Positions 25,007 through 38,691 of a stretch of 64,000 nucleotides of DNA are shown in pieces. Within the stretch, counting starts at the first letter, position 1, and each line of letters opens with the position of its first letter. Made by a program: the position numbers and the translations under genes. Origin of the DNA: Monocercomonoides exilis PA203 (Eukaryota; Protista; Preaxostyla); assembly GCA_001643675.2 (NCBI GenBank), contig LSRY02000041.1:434001-498000 (forward strand), in the 5' to 3' direction. The notes beneath the pieces were generated by a model. The model was not told the origin of the DNA, made no database searches, and saw only the letters and a program-made list of their open reading frames with translations.

Positions 25007-28000
25007 TCATCTAAGCAAAGAAAGCAAAGCCTGCTGGCGCTGCGGATCAAGCTTCGAAGCAACAGAATTGAAAGACAATTCGTCTGTTGATTTGAATGTC
25101 GATGCCCACTGCTGTGTGAGAGCGTACAGCGGGCTGCCTCTTTCCAATCCGTTGGGCAAAACAATGACAGACAGCAATCGATCCAAAAACGACCCAGAAA
25201 ACGCTGAAGGTGCCATAGACAACGCTGCAGGCTGTGAATAAAAAAATATCAGTTTTTAATACAAAAATTAATGGAATAATGCAATTATATTATTTTTTAT
25301 TTTAAAAAAAAAATATTTTTCAAATTCAATTAAATTGAATTATTGAGTAATGAATGTGAACAAACCACATTAAAGTCACTTTTCATCAGCATGACAAACA
25401 CAAATGACAAAACTGTGGCATTCTCAACTGGATCGCCAACAAGCGGCAGTTTCAGAAGCACAAACTGAAGCAATTGAGAAATGCCTTTCGAAATAAGCGC
25501 TGCCTGCTGCTGCAACTGAGACACGGGGACTGGACTCGCAGAAGATGAAGGAGGGCAAGCTGTTTCATTCAGAATGTTTGAAAAGGCTATTCCAATACGA
25601 GCAATACATCCAATGATGTTGTCATGAACCAGCACATTTTGGTCTTTTTCCGCTGCTTTTTGCATCAGAAATGCAACAAAAGCAGACGTCTGCTCAAACC
25701 TGGAAGGAGGAGGTGAAGTGAAGCGGTCTGGAACATAAATCAGATATTTCTGCGTGTTGAATGATGTGGACATTCGCGAAACGATCGAAAAGTTCAGTGC
25801 ACATTGCTCAGTCGCAGCCACTGCGTCGGCATCACTCACAAGCGAATGGGGATTCGCTTCAGCCATCACACCCATCAGAAAGTACGCTGTCGAGCGCAAC
25901 GTGTCTGTAGGGTGGTCTTTGTATTCTTGCGCTATTGGCCATAGGAAGCAGTGGAAGTCCTTCAGCAAAGGCCCGCATTCTTTGAACCAAGTCGCACACA
26001 ATCCAAGCAAAGCACAAACAACCTCACTATTCAGCTGCATATCTTCGCTGCTTCCTTCGCTGCTGTCATCATCATCATCGTCATCGTCGTCTTCAAAACT
26101 CTTCCTCCCCCCTTTGATCTCATCATCATCATCGCAATCGTCACCAGTGATGTGTCTTCGTGTCAGCATCTCATTCATCTCCCTGAAGAAATCAAACACG
26201 TGCACAAACAGAATTGGCCACACAGCTTTTGCAATGCGCGGTGGTATTCTTTCCACAACAGTATCCAGCAACTCCGTCACAGCATCAATGAGCATGTCTG
26301 ATTCGTCTTCATCATCGTCTTCTTTTTCATCTTCTCCTCCTCCTTCACCAGCACCCATTCCACTTTTCCCCAGCATCTGCTGCCTTCTTCTCTTTTCTGC
26401 TTTGTCTGCCCCGCTCATTGTCCCTCTTCCGCTTGCATCAGCAAGTGCATCATACATCCCACTCGTTCTGCTTCCAGCATCGCTGCTCATTCCTCCTTCT
26501 GCCCCTTCATCTTCATCCACCATCACCCCTGCCTGCGAATGCGTAAATCCATCCATCTCGCTGCGCATCTCCTCTTCCGCGTCTTCCTCCTCGTCTGCAT
26601 CCAGAAAGGCGTCCAATGGAGCTTCCTGGCATTTGGCATCACCTCCCAGAATATCACTGCACACCTTGAAAATTCTCATCGCCAAACTCGAGGTCTCGTT
26701 TGCCGGCGGAGCCATCCCACTTTCCAGCTCTCGTTCAATCAGACCAACAAACCTCTTGTCTGAAATGCTGAACCGAACAGGCTGCTGCGGGGACTGTGCA
26801 GACAGCTGTTGAGCGCTGCTGAGCACTCTCTGCATCGCCTCGTTCTCTAGCAGAACACATACACCCGCATCGGAAATGATGGAGTCTATGGAGCTTATTG
26901 CTTCAATCACAGTCTCGACCGATGAGTCCACCTCTGCTGTCTGAGTCAGAAGATTCACTGTCACATGCGCATTCGTCAGAAGCGAAATATGCGGGGGCGC
27001 AGATGAGTTCTGCGTGCCTGATGCAACCAAGTTCATCGAAGGGCCAGAGGCAGGAGTGCCCAAAGAAGCCCTTGCGGAGTCATTTGTGCGAATGACTGCC
27101 TCTGAATGGATGATGTCTGCAAGTGTCTTCGCTGCTTGCGAGCGGATTGCCGAGTGTGGATATTTCAAACACTCCACCGCAGCAAACAGAGCTTGCGAAA
27201 TGAAGGGTTCAAATGGCCTTCCAGAGTTGCGTGCAATGAGCCCAAGATGCATAATCGCAGATGATTTGGCATCCAAAATTGCTGTGTTGAGCTCCACGCC
27301 TGCAAGAACGCCAGGCTTCACCATAATGTCATCTCCTGATTCGGTGGGCTTGTCTTGACTGCCAGAAGAAGAAGAAGAAGAAGAAGAAGGCACTGAAGAA
27401 GCAAACGCAGAAACTGCAGTTGGATCAGAGACTGTTTCGATCCCAACATGGCTGAAGTGCGAGGAGGAAGCTGAGGATGAAGAAGAAGCAGAAGAAGAAG
27501 CAGAAGAGGAGGCCACTCCCAACCCACCTAAATCATCAGGCGCAAGTGCCGAGCTCACAGCATCCAAAGACGGCTCGCTCAATCCAGTAAGCTTTACGCC
27601 TTCTGCAGACAAGCACATTTTGAAGATGGAAGGCATAATTTCAGGCAGCAGCTGGGCCGCGTCCTCTCCAAACAGCTCGAACATCACGCTGTAGTACACA
27701 AACGTCATCTCGAGTATTTCCTCATCTCCGCTGATCTCCAGGTTCGACTTCATAGCCGGGCCAAACACATTCACATACGGCGAAAAGGCATCTCTACCAA
27801 CCACACGTGCCGTGGCAGCAAGCAGCGACGTGGCCTGTGCTCTGATCTTGCACTGCTCTGTCGTTGTGGGCACCTGAGCGAAAAACGGCGTGATGAACGA
27901 GACGATCGGCGACAGCAGCCCTTTCACTGCGTCTGATGTGCTCGATTCGACCGCTGAAGTCACCACAGAAAGCAGGTCATAGGCGCACTTTTCTGGCGGC

Positions 28001-29535
28001 TTGCGGATGAGAATGGCAGACAAACCCGACAGCAGCTGGGGCAGCCGCGTGGCGACGACTGATTCATCCATCCATGACAGCAGGTTGGACAGGCACTGAG
28101 ACACAGCGCGGATGATCGTGATAGAGTTTGGGGTGTATGTGATCTGTGAAGTGGCTGGGTTGACTGAAGAAGTGGCCAGCGGTGTAACAAGAAGAGAGCA
28201 CAGCTGGTCAAACAGAGTCGATAAGCTGGCAATGGCCTTCCTTCCAAGAAGATCCAAAACGTTATCGAACAGAACACACGCAGCAAAACGGCATTCGTCC
28301 AGCGGATGGGCAAGCCCCACCTGTATCAACAAAGAGAAGATTTGAATGTTCTTTTTCGTCACAGACTTCATGTGTGACGCAATTCCAGATGCCATCCACA
28401 GCGCCGCATGGTTCTCCCACTTGTTTTTGGAGGAGATGAAGCGCTCCAGAAGCGGCTTTGAGCGCTTCCAGACCTCTTTGCTTTCCAGATGCTGGGAAGC
28501 CGCGGACATCACACGCCACGCACCTCTCCACGGAGATCCGTCTTCCTGATTGATTTCGCGCTCAGACCCGTCATCTTCGTCCTTCTCTCCAATTGACGCT
28601 ACATTAAACAAGACAGTTATCGTTTTTGTCAGATAATCAGTCTTCTTCATCATCATTCGCTTCCGCTCATGCAAAAATGCCCAGCCAAAGAAATCAAGAC
28701 CAGCATCGCGAACTGACATTGACGTTTGAGGAGATGTTACTAACTGGCAGAAAAATGTAAACGATTTGTCAAAAAAACTAGATTCTTTTTCAACTTTATA
28801 TCCACTTTCCATGTAACAAGCAAACAGCTCCAATGATGAGACAGCTGCTTCATCCTCGTTTGCTTGAACAAGAGCTGCAACGGCCATCTGAATTGGATCA
28901 AATAATTTTTCCATGTTTGCTAAATCTCTGTTTCTCTTCAAAGCTACAAAATATTCCAGGCAAACTTTTAAGCAAGCTTTTTTTATAGATATGTTTGGCT
29001 CAACTAAACCTTGATAAACTGCAGCTAACAATACATTAATATCAAGCTTATTTTTTAATATAATATCGATCAATGAAGCGCACAAAACCAACGCAGTTCT
29101 CCGTGGTTCTGTTGATACAACTGATTGTTGTTGAGTAAGATGTGACGATATCAGTTGGAGTAAAAAAATAAATACTTCCTGTATGTTTGATGGTGGAGAT
29201 TGCTGATGAAATGCAGTTGTAATAACTTCTGCTATTCCTCTCAAAACAGAACTATCTGTCTCTTTAGTCAATCTTTCCTTTAATAAATTGATCAATCCAG
29301 CTTTTGATTCAGGAGGCAGAGTGTCCCACTGAATAATTAATGATTGTCTTAGGTAAATCAGTGCCATACTTCTTACAATAGAAGATTGAGAATTAGTAGC
29401 GCATTCTGTCAAAGGAAATAAAGATGCAGGTTCCTTCAAATATTGTGCAAAAAAACTTCTTTCTGCTGCTTGCACCTCATTAGAAGGAACAGTAGTATTT
29501 AATAAATGTTTTTCTAAAGTGGAGGCATCCTGCAT
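25007..29535 (-). CDS. Importin-beta family karyopherin (HEAT repeats), importin-4/Kap123-like; exons 29535-25366 and 25231-25007
   Basis: N-terminal IBN_N-like VQAAERSF...IVRSMALIYLRQSLIIQWDTLPPESK and HEAT motifs (KWENHAAL, HPLDECRFAAC, YPHSAIRSQAA, VHDNIIGCIAR). GT at 25365 and AG at 25233-25232 give an in-frame last exon ending in TGA. Confidence 0.85.
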
Positions 29536-29838
29536 CTTCAATTAATCAAAAAAATAAAATTTAAAGCGACAATTCATGGTTCAAGATCAAATGAGCAAAA
29601 AAATTAAACAAAACATTTGAAAACTTTACGAAAATAATTTCAAATTTCACAACATAATAACAACAATTATTTGGTTCATAATCACTAATAACATATTCAA
29701 AAATGAAGATCTGGCCCATGATTTATAAGAGATAATTGTGCGCAAAAAAGGAAGAAATCGAAAGGTGTTGATACAAAAGGGAGGAGAGAAAATGGCAAAA
29801 CCCAAGTAAAGAAAGAATATCTTTGAGAATAAATAATC
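29536..29838. promoter_or_regulatory. Putative bidirectional promoter between the karyopherin and H2A
   Basis: 303 bp between two divergent start codons. Confidence 0.45.
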
Positions 29839-30306
29839 ATGCCAGCAAAGAAAGTCGATTCACCAGCTGCAGACAAGAAGCGTGTTGAGGTTGCAAAGAA
29901 AGCACCAGTGCGCGTGAAGAAAGCCGACGGAGACAAGAAATCAAAATCTCGCTCAGAGCGTGCAGGATTGCAGTTCCCAGTTGGGCGTATCCACCGTCTG
30001 CTGCACCAAGGAAGCTATGCCGAGAGAATTGGAGCAGGAGCACCAGTGTACTTAGCTGCTGTTTTGGAATACTTGACAGCGGAAGTGTTGGAGCTTGCAG
30101 GAAACGCATCGCGCGACCACAAGAAGCAGAGAATTGTTCCGCGACACATCCAGTTGGCCATCCGCAACGATGAAGAGCTGAACAAACTTCTGTCACACAT
30201 CACCGTTCCATCGGGAGGTGTGATGCCCAACATCCACAGCGCTCTCATTCCAAAGAAATCCAAGACTGGAAACGAAGATGAGGATCAGCAATCACAAATT
30301 ATGTAA
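29839..30306 (+). CDS. H2A: Histone H2A (C-terminal SQIM, H2A.X-like)
   Basis: [63 protein letters not shown] are canonical H2A motifs. Confidence 0.98.
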   Translation: MPAKKVDSPAADKKRVEVAKKAPVRVKKADGDKKSKSRSERAGLQFPVGRIHRLLHQGSYAERIGAGAPVYLAAVLEYLTAEVLELAGNASRDHKKQRIVPRHIQLAIRNDEELNKLLSHITVPSGGVMPNIHSALIPKKSKTGNEDEDQQSQIM

Positions 30307-30625
30307 ATATGCGATATTATTGTCGTTGTTTTATTTTATTTCAAAAATAATTGGAATTCAGTTTTAAAGTTTTATTTTTCTCATTTCTTTAAGATAATAA
30401 ATCTCATGTTTAAACGATTATTTTTTTTTTTTTCAAATGTAATTCTTTAATTTTGGAGAAGGATTTCAAAACATTAAATTCAAAAAAATAAAATATTAAT
30501 TTTATTAATGAAGAATTTTTTTTTAAGATAAAACTAATTACACATGAAAGTAATTTCATTTTTCGAACAAATGGAAGAAAGATTCGTTAGTTTATTAAAT
30601 GAGTTGCAAAATTCAAAGTGTTTCC

Positions 30626-32038
30626 TCAAACATTCACAAGATAATCAGAAATATGCAACAAAAATGAATGATTATAATATCCTTTAAAAAACTCAAAAGT
30701 TTCATGAAGGCTTGTGATGGTATCTTCGTATCCTTCTTCTTCCAGCTTTTCGAATATCTCCATTTTTGTTGCCTTTCTTTTAACTTCTTCCATTTTGTTA
30801 TCCGTCTTTTTTTTCAATTTCCTTGAAACGTGCATAAAAAATCCCAAGCAATTATAAACCGCACGTTCATTCAATGTTTGTCGCTGCACCCCCTCCAAAA
30901 CAGTATCGATAGCTTCTCCTTTCAGCAAGTCTTCAACTTTCACGACTCTTCTTTCTGCTGCTTTTTTCAAGGAACAAATGCACCGATAGCTAATTCCTCT
31001 GTAATTATCCTTGGTTGCTCGAAATAACTGAACAATGCTGCTGAATAGCCAAACAAAATCTTCATTCCACAATACGCACTTGGAAAAATAACAGTCCAAT
31101 GTTTGGATCCATCTCAATAAAATAAGCACTTCTTTCTCTTCTTTTTCGCCTTTTCCCTCTTCTTTTCTCATCAAATCAACACATTTCATCAACTCTTCCA
31201 ATTCTCTTGCAACCTCTCTCGCTAAATACAGCTCATTCACAATCTCTCCCTTCAAGCTTCTGTAAACCCGAAGATGGGTGATCAAAAACTGCCAAGCAGA
31301 TTGATAGGCGAGTCGTGTAAGATTGCGATGCTCCTGATGATATTCAGTGATTCCTAACATTTCCTTCAAATATTGTTCTTGTTCCACTTTCTAATCAGAA
31401 AAAAGAAAAATAACAACAATATCAAAAAGGAAACAGAAACGTTCATACAAAAAATTGACTAAAGTAACTCAAAGCCAGCAAAGCCATTTCCACTTCTTTT
31501 TGTGCTTCTTCGCTTTCATCTTTCTTCGATGCAACTTTCAGAAGGCAAGGTACACATATTAAAGCCAACTCCGAAGAAATTGTGAAATGAAACGGAAGAC
31601 AGCATTCGCAAAGATTAACCAGAAGGTTTTCATTTTTTTTATCTTTTTTCTTATCTTCCTCAACAATCATCTTTTCAAATCTTCCGCTCAATTTAGTGAG
31701 ATAAAAGTTATCAAATCTCATATTTTTCAGCACATTGCAATATCCAATATGCTTCAGCACCCAAGTGGCATTCCCCAATTGCAGTTTCTTTTCTTCAATC
31801 ATTTTGTCTATTTTTTCAAACATCTCTGTCTTGAAAATGGATTCTAATTCTTGTTCATTCATGCCATCAATTATTCCAATCATTTCTTCGATTTTCTGTT
31901 TTTGCTCATCTTCATCGCAATCTCCAAGCTCAGAAAATAATTCTGAAATGAAAAAAGAAAGAAAATCAAATCATCTGGAATTGCGTGAAACAATGAATGC
32001 GGACCATTGAATTTACCTCTGGACGATATCTCCTGCAT
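30626..32038 (-). CDS. Multigene-family copy C, apparently intact, 3 exons
   Basis: Short exon 1 from ATG at 32038, acceptor ttcag|AA TTA TTT TCT GAG, donor gtatgaac at about 31448, last exon ORF 30626-31387 with YHQEHRNLTRLAYQSAWQFL and FEKLEEEGYED. Confidence 0.78.
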
Positions 32039-32699
32039 TTTATTTTACATATTTCATAAAAAAAAACAACATCATTTCCATCCAAATTAAAAATACACAT
32101 ATTAGGATCGAAGAAATATATGACAAATTAATTCAAAAAAAGTTGATAAAAAAAACTCATTCAAACCATCCTTTCTTGCGAAGACATTTTCGACTTGTGA
32201 TTAAGAAGCAAAAGAACGCTTTGTTATTTCAAAGTTTGTTGTTATGGAATCCATGATCATAAAGAATTATTGAGCTGCGATTATTATTTGCTTGATGCGG
32301 GAACAGGGAATGACCATTCTCTGCAGAACTAGGAATATTATTTCCTGTGGAGATAACAAGAAACGAGGCAATGCAATGTTTCTGAAATTCTGTCTGATGA
32401 TTATTGGTAATTGGATGACCAAGGGGAATACAACAATTTCATCAATTACACAAAAAGACGTAATGTATGTATTTTTTATTGTTCTATTGATTGTGAAGAT
32501 ATTTCCATCCGTATCCTCTCCAAAGTGCAGGAATATGAGTTATTGTTGAAATGGCCAATCTCCTCTTTGGAGAGCAACTCGATGAGAACGGAGCTGATTA
32601 TTATGTAGCAATTTGGATATAAATGAAGTTACGTAAGATACATGATTATTATAATTTTTTATTTGGTGCAAGAAATGGTAACAAATTCAGATAATAGTT

Positions 32700-34500
32700 T
32701 ATTAAACGAAGACAAACGAAGAAGAATTTATATGAAAAAGTTGGAGCAAACAAAATTATGAAATATTTTTGTATTTAAGGCAGTGGAGCGGCTTGGGGTA
32801 TTTTTGGACAAGAAAAGCAGAATTTTTATTGCGAAAAAAATCCAGAAATGAATGAAAAGCAATGAAACAGGATGTCAGCAGCATTGACAAGAGTGCTACA
32901 GCTATTTCTAATTTCGCTTAAAAGCCAACAGTTTAGGCTTCGGCCCATGTTTTCGACAAGATAGCAAAGCAAGCAAAAATTGCTTCATTTGTTTTTTATT
33001 TTGCACCTGAATTGCATTTTAAAGTGAGCAGGCAGAAAACTTTTCTGCATCATCTCGATTATTTGAGTAACAAAGCAGTTTTTTAATGATTTTAAATGGC
33101 TATGTTCTTCAATGCTTTCATCATCATTGTATTCTTCTTTTTCTTCTTTTGCTTTTCTGTGTTCCTTTAATGTCATATTTCGTTCAATGCTTTCCAAGAA
33201 AAAAGTTGTCCGTTCGACTTCAATTGATTCAATAATTCGTTCTTTTGTCATAATCGCCATATCTTCTTCAATTTGCTCGAATTCAGCGTTATCAGAGGTG
33301 GTACAAGAATGCGTTGTCAATTGCGAAACATCACATGCGGATTGAATGAAGCATAGAAACTTTCAATGTTGAAGGAAGAGAAAAAGAAGGGAGAAAGGAA
33401 AAGAAATAAACTGAATAGGAAAGGAAATAAATGAAACAAAGAGAAGAGAAGAGAAAAAAGAAGAAGATGATGAAGATGAAGATGAATAAAAAGATATAGA
33501 AGAAGAGTAGGAGGAGAAAGAGAAGAAAAAAATTTCCAAATGAATCCTTCATTCAATCATCGTAAATGTCTGTAGAATTCATGGAGAGCTTTAAAAACTT
33601 ATTTCTATTTGTGTTTACAACAGAAGAATTCGAATTGTCCACGATGATGTAGTTTCGAATGGTTTTGATTTTGAATGATGATTAGATAATTGTAGCTTCA
33701 TCATTGAAGTTGAAAATAATGAGAAACCGAAAATGTGCTCATCGAAGATAACAATGTTGAAGATGAGGCATTCTGAAAGAATCAGGTGAGAAATGATTTG
33801 AAAGGGCAGAGTTTTCTTCTGATGATTTCTCCGTTTCAAAAACAGAAGGATTGAAGAGATAATAAATAGTGATGTCCATTCATTTTTTAAATGTTCTTGT
33901 TTCAAGATGTGGTCAGTGAGTTGAAAGAAGAATTTTCGAGTTTGGTCAAAGAAGATTGGATTTGTGCAAAAGGAAGTCTTGGACAAAGAATCAGAACGTC
34001 TTTTGCTTTCTTCATTCTTTTTGTTCTGCATTTGAATTGTCAGATTTATTTCTTCTGGATTATTTGGTAAACTGAAGAAAAGTGTAATTGGTTTGCTTTC
34101 TCTTGAATACCGCTCATCGCAATTGTTCTTTTTGTATTTCTCATCCAATCACCATTCAATTGAAACAAAATGGTTTTTTCAAGTGAAAAGCGTTTGATAA
34201 ACCACAAATGAAAATGCTTGATTCAGTTGTTGTTGATTCTCCACTAATCATGAAACTCGCATCTTTGGTGGTTGAGATAGCTTTTGCGCATTTGCATTGT
34301 TTGCCTATTTCGAGATGAAACAAGTTTGTTGTATCGCTCGGTATTTTGCTCTATTTTTGCTTTGAATCACCAGTTCTTTCTGATTTTTGATTTATCAATT
34401 CCTTCATTTTAAATAATCTCTTGAGTCATCTTGGGAATAAAGGTCAGACAAGAAAACTGCTAATATAAAATGCATGGCGAACAAATAATCTGTGTTCTTT
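32700..34500 (-). pseudogene. Degraded coding-like region of unknown identity
   Basis: ORF fragments 33615-34148 and 32985-33320 separated by a pyrimidine-rich (on minus) intron-like tract. No motif recognised. Confidence 0.3.
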
Positions 34501-34914
34501 TCTTTGAACTTTATTCGCTTTGAAAAAAAGAATGAATAATTTTTTTCGTTTTTTTGAATTTGGCTGTTTAAAAGTTATCATTCTCTCTTCAGTCAATTTA
34601 TTTTTCTGTGTAATATATTTGCTCAATTCCAAATCAAGTTGAAATGCGATACAGGTTTCAAAACAAATAAAATAATGAATTATTTCACTTATTGATTTCC
34701 TGTTGGTTTGATCAAAGAGAAACAAAAACGTTTGCTTTCTATCCTTTTCCATCCAAGATCACTGGCTTTGGCGAACATTTTTTTTCACACTTATTTTTAT
34801 AAAGCGAAGCAATTGATTTTGTGTTTGTTATCTTTTCATTTAACAAAGCTATCAAAGATATTTTTATTTGCCTTTTATTTCATTAAGTGACGAACAATTT
34901 GAGAAATTATTGCT

Positions 34915-36360
34915 ATGAATAATATGAGCTCATATAATGCTGATGGGTGCACTGGAGCAATTCTGGAGTTGTCCAGAATAGAGAAGTTTTTTGGTTTGAA
35001 AACATTCATTTGAATTTTCTGATTATAATGATTATTATTTTTTTCAGAAATGTTTTCTGAGCTTGAAAATGACGCAGAAGAAGGGCAAAAACAGAAAATC
35101 GAAGAAATAAATGAAATACTTGATGAAATGGATGAAGCAGAATTTTATTCCATTTTCACAAAAGAGATGTTTGAAAAAATAGATCAAATGATTGAAAAAA
35201 AGAAATTGACTTTAGAAAATGCAATTTTGTTGTTGAAGCACATCGGATATCATAATGTCATCGTCAAGTTCTTTAAATTTGATTTCCATGTGTCTTCGCT
35301 GCGTTTCAGAATTGAAAATATGATTACTGAAGAAGAGAAGAAGAAAGAAGGGAAAAATGAAAAACCTCTTGTTGACCTTTGCGAATGCAATCTGCTGCTC
35401 TCTAACGGCTTTATTTCAGAACCTATTATTTCTGTTTGTGTGACTTACGTTCTGAAAGTTGCGATGAGCAAGGAGGAAGGCGAAGAAGCACGAAAAGATG
35501 TGGAAATGGCATTATTGGCTTTGAGTAATACAATGTATTATGTATGAACATTGTTATTTCCTTTTTGTTATAAACTTTTTTCTCATATTTTTTATGAGTT
35601 TATCGAACAAAAACTGTATTTGAAGGAAATCAAAGATATTGTACAATATCATCAGGAACATCACAATCTTACACGACTTGCCTACCAGTCTACAATGCAA
35701 TTTTTGATTCACAGATTGCACAATGACAAAAGCTTGGAAAGCTTGGTTGTTAATGAACTGCATTTTGCAAGAGAGGCTGCAAGAGAATTGGACGAGCTGA
35801 CGAAATGTGTGGATTGGGAGAGAAAATGTGGGGAGGAAGGAGAAAAAGAAAAAGAGACAGAAGAAATTGCTTTGATGAGATGGATCAAAGCATTGAAGCT
35901 TAGTTTTTACAATTGTAAATTGTGGAATGAAGAATATTCAGGGCTTATCAACAGCATTGTTCAGTTATTTCGAGCAACAAAGGAAAGATTCGGAGAAATT
36001 AGCGATCAATGCATTTATCTATTAAAAACTGCAGATGATAGAGATATGAAAATTGATGGCTTGGTGAAAGGAGGAGCCATTGACCTCGTTTTGGAGGAGA
36101 TTCAGCAACCAACGTTGAATAAAGATAAGGTAAAAGTATACACGTCGTTTTTAATGAATGTTTCAAGGCGGCTGAAAGAAAAGGGAGATGATGAAAAGAA
36201 AAAAGTTGAAAGAAAAATGTTGAAAAGGAAGGTTTTTGAAAAGATGGAAGAAGAAGGGTACGAAAATTGCGTCATTGGGCTGTGCCATCATGTTTGTGAA
36301 GGTTTATTTGGTGATTATTATTTGATTGAGAATTGTCCAGATTATTTTGTGTATTTATAA
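34915..36360 (+). CDS. Multigene-family copy D, intact; exons 34915-34993, 35048-35541, 35599-36360
   Basis: In-frame splice MNNMSSY...SRIEKFF-E-MFSELEND. 57-bp intron gtatgaac...atgag. Family motifs throughout. Confidence 0.82.
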
Positions 36361-38085
36361 TTTATCTCCCTTCACGTTCACTTCACCTTTTTGCATTTCC
36401 TTTTTTATATATTTTGTGCAGAACACACATTTACTTGAAAAGACAAAAAAAATAATTTGAAAATTAGATGAAAGTGTTTTTTCAAAGATTATCAAGAATT
36501 TTAAAGAAGAATGAACTTTTCAAAAAAAGGAATACATGATTAAAAATATGAAAGAAAAAAAATTGTTAGAAAAAAAACCAAGCATGTTGATTTTTTTTTT
36601 TTTTATTTTCTTTGCTAAAAAAATAATTGATACTTCAAAAAAACATTCTAATATTCTTAAAACTCATTAAATAAAAATTTCTAGGCTTTCAAAGCTAATA
36701 ATTTCAAAACAAAATATTGGAGGATTAGGAACACTGGTTTGCCATTTCACAGTTCATCTGATTTTTGAGTTTCAAAGTGAAATGCATCTCATTTTCTCAA
36801 ATGTTCACAAAATAATTAGAAATATCCAACGATAATTCATCATAATATTTTCTGTTAAGAAAATCAAACGTTTCAAAAAGACTTGCGATGGTGTCTTCGT
36901 ATCCTTCTTCTTCCAGCTTTTCAAACACTTTCCTTTTCATCTCTTTTCTTTCCTCTTCTTTCAATCGCCTTGAAGCATTCACAAAAAACATTAAAATATG
37001 ATAAACCATTTCGTCGTCTAATGTTGGCCTCTGTATCTCCTCCAAAACAGCTTCAACTGCTCCGCCTTTCAGCAAGTCTTCAATTTCCGCATTCTTTCTG
37101 ATCAATATCACTTTAAGCAAACAAATGCATAAATTGCAAATTTCTATGTAATTGCTCCTTGATGCTTGATAAATCTGAACAATGCACTCAATGAGAACAA
37201 CATGCTCTTTTTTTCGTATTTGGAACTCTTTAAAATAAATATTCAGAGCTATGATCCATCTCTCCAAAAGATTTTCTTCTTCCATTTCCTTCAATTTATC
37301 TTCATTTTTCTTCCAATCAATGCATTTCGTCAGCTCTTCCAATTCTCTTATTGCCTCTCTCTCAAATTGCAGTTTATTCAAAATAACATCTTCCAATCTT
37401 CTATCACATAACAATCTGCAAAATAAAAACTGCCAAACAGACTGATAGGCAAGTCGTGTCAAGTTGCGATGCTCCTGATGATATTGTACAATATCTTTGA
37501 TTTCCTTCAAATACAGTTTTTGTTCGATAAACTCATAAAAAATATGAGAAAAAAGTTTATAACAAAAAGGAAATAACAATGTTCATACATAATACATTGT
37601 ATTACTCAAAGCCAATAATGCCATTTCCACATCTTTTCGTGCTTCTTCGCCTTCCTCCTTGCTCATCGCAACTTTCAGAACGTAAGTCACACAAACAGAA
37701 ATAATAGGTTCTGAAATAAAGCCGTTAGAGAGCAGCAGATTGCATTCGCAAAGGTCAACAAGAGGTTTTTCATTTTTCCCTTCTTTCTTCTTCTCTTCTT
37801 CAGTAATCATATTTTCAATTCTGAAACGCAGCGAAGACACATGGAAATCAAATTTAAAGAACTTGACGATGACATTATGATATCCGATGTGCTTCAACAA
37901 CAAAATTGCATTTTCTAAAGTCAATTTCTTTTTTTCAATCATTTGATCTATTTTTTCAAACATCTCTTTTGTGAAAATGGAATAAAATTCTGCTTCATCC
38001 ATTTCATCAAGTATTTCATTTATTTCTTCGATTTTCTGTTTTTGCCCTTCTTCTGCGTCATTTTCAAACTCAGAAAACATTTCTG
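35045..38085. repeat. 613-bp inverted repeat (35045-35657 / 37473-38085) shared by convergent paralogues D and E
   Basis: ORFs 35050-35547 and 37583-38080 are identical except SELE/SEFE. Identity includes the intron and ends at catcagga. Coordinate sums match (73130). Confidence 0.95.
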
Positions 38086-38155
38086 TTAATAGTAAATAGT
38101 TAAATCAAAATGAGCCAGAATTCAAATGCAACAATGATTGCAAACCTGTGAACAT
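36797..38155 (-). CDS. Multigene-family copy E, convergent with D
   Basis: ORFs 37583-38080 and 36797-37579 joined by the same 57-bp intron. Short exon 1 ATG TTC ACA G|gtttgc at about 38155-38146 (start uncertain). Confidence 0.75.
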
Positions 38156-38627
38156 TTTTGTGTTGTTTGTTTCCTATTTTCAGATTTTTTTTTAAAAAAA
38201 ATTGAATGAAGAAAACAACACCATTTTGATATTCACAATGAAAGTTCATTTGATTGGATTGAAGAAAACGGATGAAAAATGAAAACTCACAAAAGATGAA
38301 AGAAATATATGCATTCAAACCATTCTATCTTTTGATAACTTTTTCGACTTGAAATTTCAAAGAAAAAGAATATTTTGTTTTTTCTCTTTGTTGTTATGGA
38401 TGTTTTGATCAATTTGAATGTTTCAAAAGAAATGCAGATAAACAAAACGAGAGTTTCAATTAATGAACATATCCTGTAGAATTTGAAGCATTATTTCCGG
38501 TGATGTCTGTTGTCAATTGTGGAGAGATTTGATTCTGAAATTCCATTTGAGACAAAATTCTTGTATTTTAGCCTGGGTGACGTGAAAAAAAAGTTTGTCA
38601 CGTCCGTCACCAGTTTTCCACCTCACG

Positions 38628-38691
<64 letters not shown>

